Source of the DNA: Cyanidioschyzon merolae
Lineage: Eukaryota
Length of the DNA: 64,000 nt
NCBI GenBank assembly: GCA_000091205.1
Contig: AP006494.2
Strand: one strand, 5' to 3'
Each line of letters opens with the position of its first letter. Position 1 is the stretch's first letter. Position numbers and translations under genes: made by a program. Positions 9,691 to 22,300 of the stretch are shown in pieces. Under the pieces are notes generated by a model that worked only from the letters and a program-made list of their open reading frames with translations, was not told the DNA's origin and did not search any database.

Positions 9691-12600
9691 ATTGAGACGG
9701 AGGAATCCTCTTCGGATACAATACGAAGTGTCCTTTGTCGAAGGATGATGAGCTGGTGAGTGGCCCTGTCGGGTTCCGGATTTTTGTCCGCGACCGTACG
9801 GCTGAGGTGCCGCAGGAGCCCCCACATCGAAATGCCCGCTTGACTCTTTCGTGCGAACAGCGGTTTTTCTTACCTTGAGTGCCCATACGCGGCTCTCGCA
9901 CTCGTTCCGGAGGCAGTTTCATCGAACTTGACGAGCACCCGCACCAAGTGTCATCAGCATTTGCGTTCCTCCAGGAAACCGATATTGCGTTGTGCACCGC
10001 ATACAGGTCTCGAATAGAGGCCCGATTTTTCTTCGTAAATGCGTTTCTCTTCGACATGGCTCGTACCAACGGTATGAAAAATTCACATCTGGTACATGCT
10101 TCGTATTTCTTCGACAGCGTACAGAGTGGAATGGGTGGACCACCATCCAGTCCTGTAGATAGCGTTTGAAACGTTCTGTTCAGCGTACACGATATTCTGG
10201 ATAAGAACTGGAACACTGGTGGTTTATCCGCCTGCTGACATCTGAATGACTCGACTATAGAAATAAAATCGTTTTTCGCAATCTACCTATGACAGTATAA
10301 AGTCTGTCCACGAGACCGCTCTCCGGTTCACAGCGTACGTACCTTTTGAGGCATACCTCGGGAAAATGCACGAAAACAAAACAGGGCGTATTGTTAGTTG
10401 CACCAGAATTTACGATTCTCTGTGTAAATCTTGCAGGTGTGCTCGTGTCACGGGAACTCCCCAACAAGGGAATGCTCGTTCCGAATGTCGCCCAGACTCG
10501 CTGCCAGAGCCCAAGCGTGCATGGCATGAGATTCGGAACGAATGTTGGTGTGGAGGCTCGCCGTTTTCCACGGTGGCCGCAGCTGGTGGCCAGTCTTTTT
10601 TTGGGGTGCTGCCTTTCGCACTCGCGATATACGTGTTGCGTTTCTGCACATTTTGGCGCTTAGGAACGCAAGGGCGCTCACGGAAGCGAGTTCCCGCGCA
10701 AGGGACTGGTGCCTGAACACACGGGTTGCGTCCGCGTAAATCGATGCTGACGCTCTTGCCTAACTTACAACTATATCAGAATGAAACAGAACCGGTCTAT
10801 GGACTGTGTCGCACATGCAAACCTTGCGGCCTGTTTCCATTTCCAATACCACCAGCCTGTATGAGATTGTTATACATCTGCTGCTTTTCCTGTCTCTGTT
10901 ATCTCACGCTTTGCATACTGGGGTTTAGTTTAGCTCGAGCTCCGTTGTCAGGTGTCGAAAGATATTGGCTGTTGCGTTCAATGCCCGATTTCCTTGCAAC
11001 CGACTGTTGTGGACATATTTGCTTCACAGGCGGAAGTTGCGATCTGGGCGTCACTCGCATTTTTACGCTGCTCTGCAGGTAGGCACGGTGCATCCCTCGC
11101 AGCGGTGACACCTGCGAGCGGTTTGATGTTCCCGTGTATCCACCACATATCCCACTGCTCCGAATGCTACTCTGTGGTGCGTGGACGCTTCCATCATCGC
11201 TCTGTGCAAGCGCTTGACGGGTACAGAAGGCTCGCGTCTACGCCCAGTTCCGTTTCTGCGCTCGATGCCGTACCCTGCGAGCACGGGCTTCTTCCAGACG
11301 ATTTCGTCGACGAGTACGCTGCCGTCCGAACACGAGGGCGCGAGCGCTTCCATTCCGTAGAGGATTTGTCGATTGTGATCGTGCGCTTGATGAATCAAGT
11401 ACCGGAAAGAAAATCCATGCTAGCGATGATGCCGCAAACGACGGATCCGTCTAAGCTAGCATCGTGCCAGTCAGTGACGCACGCTTCACAGGAAGCGATC
11501 GCTGCGATGATTCAGGTACGAGTCCATGACCTCTTCCATGCAACATGAAGAGTCGGAAACCGCCAGGAGCATATCCCGTCAGATATTTATCATACTGCTG
11601 TCGAATCCCGCTTGATCGATGACCACAAAGAGATGAGAATTCATATTTCGAACAGAATCTGCAATTTGAAGCAGCAAGTTCAGTGAACCTTCGGCATAAA
11701 CAAGTGAAGATACTGTCAAGCGGCGACGGCCAGTTTCTTCCTCGTCAATCGAGCCGCGTGAATTACTGTGGCAACGAGTTGCCTCGAAACCGGCGGATCG
11801 AAAAGATATACAATACGGCATTTCAGCATGCGACATGTAAGGAAAGCAAGCGACTGGAAGCTCATTGGTAAGCATTGGCTGGCGATCTCTGGAACAATAC
11901 GAACTATGTTTCGAGTGCATCGGGAATCACGTTGATTCCGATGAAGTCATGAATTCCATCGGGAAAGCGTCCTCGGATCCACCCAGAATACTCAGCAGAA
12001 CATCCTAAAACTACCAGTGAATACGTAAGCCCATACTGCTGGACTTGGAAAGCAGAGTCTGTGCAATGAAACCTACTTCCGAATAAAATCCATGAACCGA
12101 GCGAGCAGTTCAGAATTGGATCTGACTCTGGCACGGATGTAGCACGTCAGACGTATCGAAGTAGTCTTTGCCCCCGTAACCCTTTTTTGCGGCTTTTTTC
12201 CGAGTATCCGCATAAAACCTGAGGGCGTGCTGCCGGTGCTGTAGTGCGCAAGCTGTTCCAACGATAAAAGGTTTTCGGCTACGGCAACGCCGTCTACTTT
12301 CCGTGGCACCAAGCGCTCGGCACTGTCACCCAATAGGCTCCGGGTCTTCGAACGCGCACTCGCAGCGAGACGAGCGGCTTTTCCCGCCAGGTGCTTCACT
12401 ATTCTCGGTGTTATGCGGGTAATGCACTCGACGGGCCTGGTCGAAACACATCTGGGACTCTATTGATGAGGACGGTCTTGTTTCTTAGAGGCCAGGCTGT
12501 GCGAACTTGGAGTCACGCATCTCAAAGCAGGGTCCTGAACTGGTGGAATCTCCGCATGCCAACCGACGGAAATCCAACCCTAACCACGGACGCCTGTGTG

Positions 12601-12778
12601 CCTGAACGCACGTCCCCCGACCATACCCGCAGTTGTGCACGTCGCTTCCCGTGCTTCATCTACGCTTGACAGGGACTTGAAGGTGCGATCGTCCGGTCTG
12701 TTTTTGCAGAGCACAGTGGCTCAAATTTTTACATTTTTTGGTTTGGTTTTGGTTTTTGGTTTGTCGCTCAGCCTAGGC

Positions 12779-14194
12779 TCACGCACAGTACAAAGACTCA
12801 TCAACTGCAGGTGGGATCGGAGCGATCTTGGTCCCCAGCTCGTGTTCGATTCGGTACAGGTTCAAGCGATCGTCTTGCGTTACGAGACTGATCGCCAGAC
12901 CGCGGTGTCCGTACCGTCCAGAGCGCCCGACTCGGTGCAGGTATGTTTCTGCGTTCTTCGGGAAGTCGAAGTTCACGACCACGTTCACCGCTTGTACGTC
13001 GATGCCGCGTGTGAAGAGGTCACTCGAAACGAGGTTTCGGCAGGCGCCGTTGCGAAAGTCATGAAAAACACGAGCTCGTTGATACTGCGGCATCTTGGCG
13101 TGGATATAATAACAGGAATAGCCCAGTTCGGTTATTTTCTTGGCGAGAAGTTCCACCCGCGAAACCGAGTTGCAGAATATGATGCTTTGGTTGATTCGCA
13201 GTTTGCTGAAAAGCGTGTTCAAACAGTGAATTTTGCGACCCTCATCCACGAATGCGTAATATTGCGTGATTCCCCGCAACGTCAATTCTTCCATGAGATT
13301 CAGTTCGTAGGGTTTCCGAAGGTGTCTGTCTCGGAAGCCCTTCACGGAAATCGGAAACGTTGCTGAAAACAGCATTAACTGCCGATCGGGAGGCAGTTGC
13401 TTGGTCACGATCTGTTCGATGACGGGCGTGAACTCCGGCGAGAGCAGCTTGTCGCCCTCGTCCAAAGCACACATCTTGCACTCATTTAATTTGGCTATGC
13501 CTTTCTCGGCTAGATCCAGGACTCTACCAGGCGTGCCGATCAGAATATGTACGATTTGCTCTAGCCGCAGGATGTCATCCCGCAGGGAGGTGCCCCCGGT
13601 TGTCGTCATGACCTGCAGGCCATCGAGACGTTTGCCGAGCGCTTTCGCAACTGCAGCCGTCTGAAGGGCGAGCTCACGCGTCGGCACCAAAACAAGTGCT
13701 TGTATCGCGTTCTTTTTCGTGTCCAGTCGCTCTAGGATCGGGATAAGAAAAGCTCCTGTTTTACCAGTGCCGTTTTTGGCGCGGGCGAGTACATCGCGCC
13801 CGGCCAACGCTACCGGCACCGCCGCTTCTTGGACCGGAGAAGGCCGCTCCCAGCCCATTTCAAAAAGCCCCATCAGCAACTCTCGACGTAAATAATAGTC
13901 CTCGAAACTGTTTCCTCTCGTAGCCGTCACATCCTCCGTGCGATAACGCGTGTCCTTGGGCGGAGCCTGGAGGTTACGGCGCCAGTCCTCGACCTGCGAA
14001 GGCGCCGCTGCGGGGCCAACACCACCACCAAGTCCCACAAACTGCCGAGTTTGGGGATGCATAATGCGTTGTTCACCGGGCGGGACGACCCCAACGGGAG
14101 CAGCCGCCCCGCTCGGTAGTTGCTGGGACCCCGCGCGCGTCTCAGGTCCTCTGAGTTGCTCAACTACCCAGCCTGGTGCTGCCGTACGCTGCAT
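12779..14194 (-). CDS. DDX6: DDX6/Dhh1/Me31B-family DEAD-box RNA helicase
   Basis: Full-length single exon: [64 protein letters not shown] and [10 protein letters not shown]. The track start at 14245 is TTG; the first in-frame ATG (MQRTAAP) is 14194. Confidence 0.9.
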   Translation of the reverse strand: MQRTAAPGWVVEQLRGPETRAGSQQLPSGAAAPVGVVPPGEQRIMHPQTRQFVGLGGGVGPAAAPSQVEDWRRNLQAPPKDTRYRTEDVTATRGNSFEDYYLRRELLMGLFEMGWERPSPVQEAAVPVALAGRDVLARAKNGTGKTGAFLIPILERLDTKKNAIQALVLVPTRELALQTAAVAKALGKRLDGLQVMTTTGGTSLRDDILRLEQIVHILIGTPGRVLDLAEKGIAKLNECKMCALDEGDKLLSPEFTPVIEQIVTKQLPPDRQLMLFSATFPISVKGFRDRHLRKPYELNLMEELTLRGITQYYAFVDEGRKIHCLNTLFSKLRINQSIIFCNSVSRVELLAKKITELGYSCYYIHAKMPQYQRARVFHDFRNGACRNLVSSDLFTRGIDVQAVNVVVNFDFPKNAETYLHRVGRSGRYGHRGLAISLVTQDDRLNLYRIEHELGTKIAPIPPAVDESLYCA

Positions 14195-16530
14195 GAATCG
14201 TGACTGTAAATAGTTTGTGAAACGTGCTGGCGTATCTTTTCCCAAAACTAAGACAAAAGAACGAGGCAGTAGTCCTCTATGAAGCTAGCTTTCTCAGAGG
14301 CAACTGTCCGTAAAAATGCCAAAGCGTTTCACAGAATAGCTGGACTTTGGCGAAGGCTGCGACGCGAGTGCCGGCCATTCGCCTGGTACTGCCCTGGTGC
14401 GTATGCCGGAGGAACCGGTCTCCTTGACCGCAACTTTGAAACTGGGGTACGTGTGACCAAGACAGAGTGTTTCCGGCTAGAGTCGCGTTTATAAACGAAT
14501 GATTGCGTCCGTTGGAGCGTTTTAGTGCGTGTAGCTTCCCAAATCTGCTTGAAAGTACTAGGGCTCGGTTGCAGGTCACGTGGCGCAGAGCACCGGAAAC
14601 TTCAAATGTTCACGTCCAGCACACAGAGATCATTGATTTTGCAAGGCGTGACGCAAGATACGCAGCGTTCAGGGTTTGGAATGAAAACTGACGAAGTTTT
14701 ATACGGGTGTTTAAGAACGGTGAAAGCGTCGAAACAGGCGCGAGTTCGGAGCACGAGACTGCCTGGAACTTGAAGCGCTTCCTTCACTCGACGTGGGAGG
14801 AGGACTGCGGGGTCTCTGTGCAGAGACCTTTTCTCGTTTTACCTGTATTGGTAGTCTTTGAGCTACTGCGCTTTTAATGCGAGCGCGTTTTTGCCTTGAT
14901 GCAATGGGAGCAACGTAGTGCGGCTCTGGAGGAGCCTTCTGTTATCGTGTCCGAAACGATCGTTTTTTAACACACACATATCTACATGGAACGTGTTTCC
15001 GGATTGTTGCATTTCCTACCCTAGTAACAGAAATCATCGGACCTTTCTGCAGAGGCCTTTTCTCATCTTCTTTGTACGAGTGCTTGATCACTGAACACCT
15101 ATCCAGTTTGAGCGCGATACCCGATTGGCGTAAAGTTCCGGAACCTGTTACCACTTCCGAGCAAAAATAAATGCAGGGGTTCGCGGCTCACGCGCTCTCT
15201 TTAGGGTTCCGCTACGCAACTGCCATGCTTGCGACTAGACTTTATTGGACGGTACTTCGGCTTCAAGTACCGGGGCAACGCTTGCAAATTCGAGCTGCAC
15301 GGAGGCAAAACTCCTATGGTTGCGATGAAACTTTATTCGATGAAACGTCGGCATCGAGTGCCAGGATGCTGTCTGCATCCTCAAGTTGCTGGCACACATT
15401 TTGCACGTTCGAATATGAAACCCCGAGGTACGAACCAAACTAGGCGCCGACGCGAGGAGTTCTCAACGGAAAGAGCGGGCTGGGGTACTGCTCAAGTCTA
15501 TATTGTGCAGTAGCTGCTGTGCCACGATTACCATGAGCAATACCACAACCGTGGCTGGCACTGGGAAGGATGCAAACTCGGAACGCCTGCCCGGCACTCG
15601 GTGGGCGCCTATCGCGGCCTCGCACTCTAGCCGATGTAGGAACAATAGAGTCACCAGTTCGTTCCGGGCGTCCTCGAGAGCGCATCGCAACATGCTAGCC
15701 ACATGAGATTTGTGGGGAAGATGCGACATTCCGGGTGAGCCTGGCTGTGCAAGCGCGCTTTTACTCGCCTGGAACGAAGCGCGATGCTTGCCCTGCCAAG
15801 TAAACCCTTGGTGTATTTCCGGACCACCTTAGCCACGAATACTACGTCATGTGGATTTTGCGTTTCAGGCTGGGTATCTCTCGGGCTCGCAACAAGCGAC
15901 CCAAACGCAGTCAGTCTGCCGAATTCTCTGCTCACCGGCTCATGAGCGGAAACCGCACGTCCTTTTGGATTATGAGGAATCGACGCTCGCTGCTGCAGCG
16001 AGCCTGAAGCATCCATATTTCCGTATCTTCAAAATAAAGTTCGCCGCTTGTTTTTTTCTACGACAAGCGGAACCGGAATCGATGGGTGCTTAGGTCCCAG
16101 CGTCGCAGCACATCAGCAGCAGCACCGAACGCTCTGTGATCGTCCACGTCCATAATATGTTCCCAAGTTGGATGCTATTCGGCCCGTACATTGTGCCGGA
16201 TTCCATCATGATCCATCAACGCTGTATGTAACCAAAGCGTGCACCACAATTCCTGTTCGAGCGCTAGTTCGTACCAGATAGTCTAGACTGGTCGACCTGC
16301 TCCGAGCTCGATCCACAAACACGCCGTCTGCGACACCCCTTGCAAATAGCGCACCCAGATGGAGCAGCTTCGCGATACCCCGTCAAAGCGCCAACTCCAC
16401 CGCCATCACGAATGAAAACGCATCCACGCCCGCCTGCAAGTTCTAATCTTCGAAACTGTTGAACATTAATGCATGTTCTGAAAGACGCTGTGTGAGTTCG
16501 CTGTAGCAGTGAGATGTTTATATCGCTCAC

Positions 16531-16732
16531 CAGAACGTTTCCTGTGATCATGCATCCCAGAATGTACCATGAAGACTGGCATTCGGCAGAGCGTCCATCA
16601 TGTTGTACCCTACCTACAAGGTTCCATGACTCCGACATGCTCCCCGAAATACCAAGAGACTGCCGCTTGCGCTCAGCAGAACGTTTCCTGTGATCATGCA
16701 CCCCAGAATGTACCACGAATACTGGCATTCGT
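16531..16732 (+). repeat. 56-bp direct repeat (2 copies, ~93% identical, 145 bp apart) in the divergent DDX6/VPS13 intergenic region
   Basis: cagaacgtttcctgtgatcatgca[tc]cccagaatgtacca[tc]gaa[gt]actggcattcg occurs at 16531-16586 and 16676-16732. Confidence 0.7.
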
Positions 16733-16950
16733 GAACACTGAGCTGCATTGTCGCGCTTCCGCCAACGGTCGATGCGTACGAACGATACTGACGCGCGCAG
16801 CGCCGCCTCGGCGATGCCAACGATGCGCGCTGTTCTGGGCGGCGCGCGCCACCGGCGATCGCCACTCGTAACCAGATACGGCATACACGAACGCGACGAT
16901 TGAGGTGTGTTGGCTCAGAGGTGAGGCATACCACCGGGTTATAACGTTTG

Positions 16951-19280
16951 ATGCTGGCTCACTTTGTAGCCGAGCTTCTATCTGGAACGCTGGGTCAGTA
17001 TGTAAAGATCGATGAACGCCAAATCTCTGTGGGTATATGGTCCGGTCAGCTGGAGCTTCACGAGCTCCAGCTGGTACCTGAAGCTGTACAGGTGCTCTTC
17101 GAACGGGCTTGTGGGAGCGCTCCCTTCCATGTCCGTTCTGGTTATATTGGTCGAGTATGCGTTGAAGTGCCTTGGAAAACCCTGAGTTGGTCGCAACCCC
17201 TGCGCATTCAAATTGAAGACGTGTGCGTTCAGCTTGCGGCGCTACCGCCGGATTCCTGCTCGACCGAAGCAGCTACTCGGAGCCAACGGATGCAGTTGGC
17301 AGAGCTAGCAACAGACGCATCCTTGCGGGAAGCGCAGCTCCGAGCTTGGCTCATGGTATTGCGCGAGGCAGCTTCAGAGGCTGAGAACGAAATAGCCGCT
17401 AGGTTAGCCTCGGCTGCGCGAGCGCTCGCGGTTGATCCGAAATCGAATAACACCAACATCTCCGGTTGGCGGAAAAGACTCCTTCGTCAAGTCGTTGCAA
17501 ACATGCAGGTGCAAGTTGGGAATATATGGGTTATTTTCGGTATGGACGCGTCTGAGAGCGGCTCGTGCACCTCGCGAGGCGTGCAGCGTTCTGCAACCGG
17601 TGACGCCGACAACCGCTGCACGAACGGCAGCGGTGCCTCTGCGGCAGCGGCCAGCGAGGACCCAGCGCGTTCACGATTGGGAACGGTGCTGGAACCCAGA
17701 GAGGTGGATGCAGGGACTCGGGGGGTGAACGCACCAGCACCAGAGTCGAAACAATCGAACGCTGCCGCAGAGACGGACGCACCATTTTCCGTACAGTGTA
17801 ACGAATGTGCACCAGAAATTACCCATGAGGCATCGGAAGACTCGTTCACGAACGTCCTGGATATCGAAGCCAAGGCGGGAAGCACGCCAATAGGCGGACA
17901 ACGCTCTGAAAACATCCATGTTGACAGAACAGACGGCAAGAGCGTCCGTGGTGCCGCGCGAAGACCAGACCAGCGTAGCGACGAGCTGCTGGAGCTTGCC
18001 AGCGCGCTTCTCGATGTAGAATACTCGCCAGACGCTACGACGAGAGCGGTGACTCCCGAAGCGCACAGTTCTAGCACTGAACAGGGACGGTGCGATGCCT
18101 TGCATCCTGTAGCGCGGAACCTGTCTTACGCGGTACCTCCGGAGCCGGACGCTCGTCCAGACGACTTCTTGGACGCGTTCTCAGCTGTCGCTCAGGATGC
18201 GCGAACAACACCGGCAAGTTGCCGAGCAGCTGCCGGCGCCCAGGCGGTGCACCCGCACCAGTCCCAAGAACATATCATCGCACTGCACCTGTACCTCAAA
18301 GCATTCGAAATAGCTCCGATCGTAGATGCGTCGGGAGCCCCAGACACGTCGACCGTAGACTCGGACGTTCTCGCGAAACGCGTTGCATTTTCTGGTCTTA
18401 TGCTGTTGGCTGCGTGTGGTCTGAACGAGCTGAATCGGCCGCTCTTGAGTCACGAACCGCCGACGTCATCGCAACTCTCTGACGTCTGGGGCCTCTTCGA
18501 ACAGGTTCGGACGCAGTCGCAATCGGCGGAAGCGTCTGCAATGCTGTCGCTGGTTCTGGCGCCCCTGGAGATAACCATGCACTTGCGTCTCACTGGCGGG
18601 TTGCTCTCGCTCACCAATAGCGATCCCAGATCGGTATCGCAGCTGAACATCCACATTTCCGCCGTCAAGTGGCATCTGGAGCGCGAGCTCCTTGAGCAGC
18701 TTAGCCAAGTGATCCACCGGTGGACTCGCTGCGCCCCCCTGAACAGATCCCGAGGAGCATCGAGCCCTCGTACTCGCTGGTACGATACCCTCGAAGCAAT
18801 TCGACCCGGTTTTTGGCTCCGTCAGCGATCATCTAAGATGAGAAGGCCCGAAATCGTCCGTCGACGAAGAAAAGAACGCGAACAGTACGTCACCACTCGG
18901 TATCAGTCGCTCCTGAATCGCCTTCTGAGTCCTTCAGATCCACTATGGGCACACATCGAGCGCAAAGAGACCAACCCGGAGCTGTTGACGCTCCTCGAGC
19001 ACAAACTCAATCTCGAAACGATTCTATTTTACCGCCATCTGGCTGATCTGCAGGTGCTATGGCGACTGCGCAGCGCATGGCCTGCGAGCACCGCCCCGGC
19101 GGCGGCGGCGTATCCGGGAGCGCCCCCCGATACGAGCACGCACCCGATGCGTGATCGCCGCGGAGAGGCGCTCACCCAGGTGACGTGTCCCGTTGACTCG
19201 ACACGCATGCTGGGCGACGCGCTGCATCACGTACCAGCTGCGATCGCTGCTGCGGATGCGCGCGCACAAGGCACGCGCAA

Positions 19281-19316
<36 letters not shown>

Positions 19317-22300
19317 ACCAGCAGGCCTTTCAACGGTGGCCGGCTCTGGGAGCGATGGTGCAGCTGGGGTTCATCCCAGAAGCGCGGCTAGTGATCGGCC
19401 CGATGAATCGTCTCGCTGGCCGCTTCGGCTGATGAAGCGTCTGCGCTTAGCCTGGGCTTCGACTGCACGTCCACCGGCTTCAGGGACGGTCGTCCGCGAT
19501 ACAATCCATTCGAGAATCTCCGATGTCGAGGCCAGCACTGATGCAGAGCATCGTTCGGGAGGGAATGCGGATTGCACAGCGCACTTTTCCTCGGCGACGG
19601 CAGCAAAGGCTACAGGCGCGCTGCCCAGCGATGTTGCTACGCGGGCGTGTGTCGGCATGGTGGCTGTGAATCGAAGCACCTCGACGCTCTGGATGCCGTC
19701 TGTGAGTCCGTGGCATGTTGCGCGCTGGGCGGAGCTCTGTGGATACGACTACCCGCCAGTGACGAGTGCGGACGTTTTGACGTTTGCGTGCAGCACGGCA
19801 ATGTGGCCGTTGAGCGGTTCGCATGGGATGTGCACGGACCGGAGCGACATGCCAGGGGCTTTAGCAGCAGCTCGACGCGCGTCAAACGAGTACTCGTTGC
19901 CACCGGCGACTGCAGAGGAGGGCGCCGAGCCGTCCGCAACGGAAACGGCATCGACGACTGGTCGCCTTTGGGAGCTAACCATTCGTCTAGAAATGTTTCA
20001 GGGCGAGCTCTGGGAGGCCGCTGCGAACGGAACAGGCCTCATTTTGACAGCACAGGGCCTGGAGGGCACCTTCCGGGCACCGGATACCGGCAATCTTAGA
20101 CTGCAAACCTGTCACCTGGACTTTATCCAGGGCAAGGAGCGCTGGGTGCTGCTTCAATGGCAGCAATCGACTTGCAGCACGCTGGAGAGTTTGTATTCGA
20201 ATCGATCACATGCGGCGGTAGAACCTGCTCCAAGAGGAGTCAAAGCGGCAGCGACAACAAGTGCAGCACCAGTAGGCTCACTAGGTCCAGAGCCCGAAGC
20301 TGAAACAGCATCTTCTGCAGCAGCGGAAGCGGAAGCGTTAAGCACTGCTCGCACCGACGCTGGACCGGTTCTGCAGGTGCGGATGCAACGACGCCGGTTG
20401 CCGCCTCTGGACGCATTTCGAGAGTCAGGGGTTCTTGGTGGCTCATCTGTACAGGACGGAGGTGAAAACTTCAGCTCTTCGTCGTCGTCGTCGTCTTCTG
20501 CCGAGACACCAAACGATGCAACGCCAACAACTAACGAGTCTTGGAAACGCGCTTTGCAGGTCTCACGGGGTATCTTCGCAGCGGAGCTGCTCGAGGAGCC
20601 CGACCTACGTGTCGCAGGCGGCTGGGCCGAGTCCGCGATGTTGACTCCAAAAAGTAGCTGGTTGTTCCAGGTGGTGCTCCAAGCCCCAGAACTCCGTCTC
20701 TATGGACAGGCACCGCTCGTCGAATGGATACAACGTTGGCGACTTTTGGGCAGGTCCTTGGTGTCGCTCGAGGAGACGTCCAGACGTCGTTTTAGGTGCA
20801 GGCGTGCAAGTCGAGTGCAGCCTCATGTGGAAATGAAGCCTTGGATTGACGTTACCTGCCGGATAGAGAGGCCATCGCTCTCGGTTTGGGAAGCGAAACC
20901 GCGGGCGGCGCTGCCGGAGAAACCACTGCTGCGCCTCAGCATCGAGAGCGTGACGCTTGAGAGCGGTGCATCGGCACAAGCTACATCGAAGATTGCGGCA
21001 AAGTCCATGGAAAATAGCTCTGCAGCACCACTGAATTGCCAGGAAGCAGCACTGTCCTCTGCAGCGACTGGACTGGGATCGCGGCGGCAAGAATGGCGTT
21101 GCGTTTTCGAAGCGCTTCTGTTGCAACATCGACACCAGCATCCAGACCAGTCGCTGTTGACGCTGACTCGCGTCGCAGTCAGTTGGCTTAACCGAGGTGC
21201 GCACACCGCGGCAACGCGCACGACTCACCCGTTCGGCTCGTTTTCACTGCCGATGTTTTCGTCGTCACCGTCGTCTTGGAGAGTCTCCGGTCGATCCGGT
21301 ACCGACGTCGACGGTGGCATTGTCGATACCTGCTTCCTGGTGCTGGAAACGTGGCAGATTCACTTGACACCAGCCGCTCTGGAGGCACTCGAGACCACTG
21401 CTCTGTCGCTACGTTGCGCTCAGTCAGTATCCACAAGTGGATGCGCCATGACAACGATCTCGCAAACGCCCACGAGCACTGCAGCCCGGCACGCTGCTGA
21501 GCATCCGGAGAAGCAGGCCGAGTCGCAGACGTCCCGTTCCATTCACAGCCGAGGATGGCGCGCTTCAGCACAACGGACTGGGCTCTCGTTGAACGCGCTC
21601 AGCGGCACGCAACGGAGACGTCGCCGGACGCATATAAATGCGCAGCTCGCTCGGGGCAAAGTGTACCTGCATCTTTTGGACAACCAAGCGACGACGATAT
21701 CCGCGTATGAGTGTATTCTGGAACCGGTGCGGCTTCGAGCTGACTTGGACGTTGCCATTCCCGAGTCGACCTGGCTCAGTGGCCAGCATACCGGTGCACT
21801 GAACCGGGTAGCCAGGGTCCGTGAGAGCGACCACAAGCTTCATGTGTATTGGGAACTCGACACTGCAGGATTGTGCTTCCTGGGTCCAGTTCGGAGCGGT
21901 TATTTGCGGCTCGAGGGCATGCACTGTTCAGGCGCATGGCGAGACTCGCGTGAGCATCCCGGATCGGGAGTCTTGGAGGTCGGCATCCAGCTGCGGACGC
22001 TTGCAACCAATATGAACGGCGAAGATGGGTATCGCCTCGCGGGTGCTTTCCGGCGTCGTTGCGGACTGGAGCGTTCGGATACCGTGGAAGCTTTCCCAAC
22101 GGAAGCAAACTGGAGTCAGCAGCAGCAGCAGCAGCAGCAGCAAGACCTGCAACGATCAGCGTCTGGGCAGGTGTTGGCGAACAAGCGCGCTCCGCGTCGC
22201 CAACTGGAGCGTCAGCCGATGCATGGATCCGAGGCGTCACTGACAAGTGCATCGGTTGCAGCTCTAGGTGCTACTCGTGAACTTTATTCCAGTCCACAGA

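Larger units (their letters stand above)
5930..10216 (-). mobile_element. Degenerate head-to-tail tandem array (about 3 units of ~1.4 kb) of Fanzor/TnpB-like RuvC-nuclease elements
   Basis: Minus-strand ORF fragments carry a RuvC-III motif (FVNRDVNAAINF, ~6949-6985), RuvC-I-like motifs (AGIDPH in ORF 6063-6440; ALDLGTMDVV in ORF 8202-8894) and repeated tail segments (FDSVPVSNIK ~8270-8324; MFDNVAFHHLNKG ~9653-9692). The conserved 3' element recurs at ~6790-6845, 8180-8275 and 9600-9690, a spacing of ~1.4 kb. Array limits are approximate. Confidence 0.45.

Noticed and set aside
9408-9827. ORF 9408-9827 (minus) as a TauD/2OG-dioxygenase-like gene (MFDNVAFHHLNKG)
   Set aside because: The resemblance is superficial. 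The segment aligns better with the recurring Fanzor-unit tail ([13 protein letters not shown] / FDSVPVSNIKAHY) and is followed by a copy of the unit 3' element, so it is treated as part of the degenerate array.
12073-12399. Small basic ORF (MKHLAGKAARLAASARSKTRS...) downstream of DDX6 as a possible histone H1-like or ribosomal protein gene
   Set aside because: There is no recognisable family signature and the composition is compatible with a random open frame in GC-rich DNA. It is left unannotated.
12735-12770. Telomere-like G/T-rich run (ttttttggtttggttttggtttttggtttg) just past the DDX6 stop
   Set aside because: It is irregular, short and internal, between genes. It does not match a consistent telomeric unit and is more likely a simple-sequence tract in a 3' UTR.
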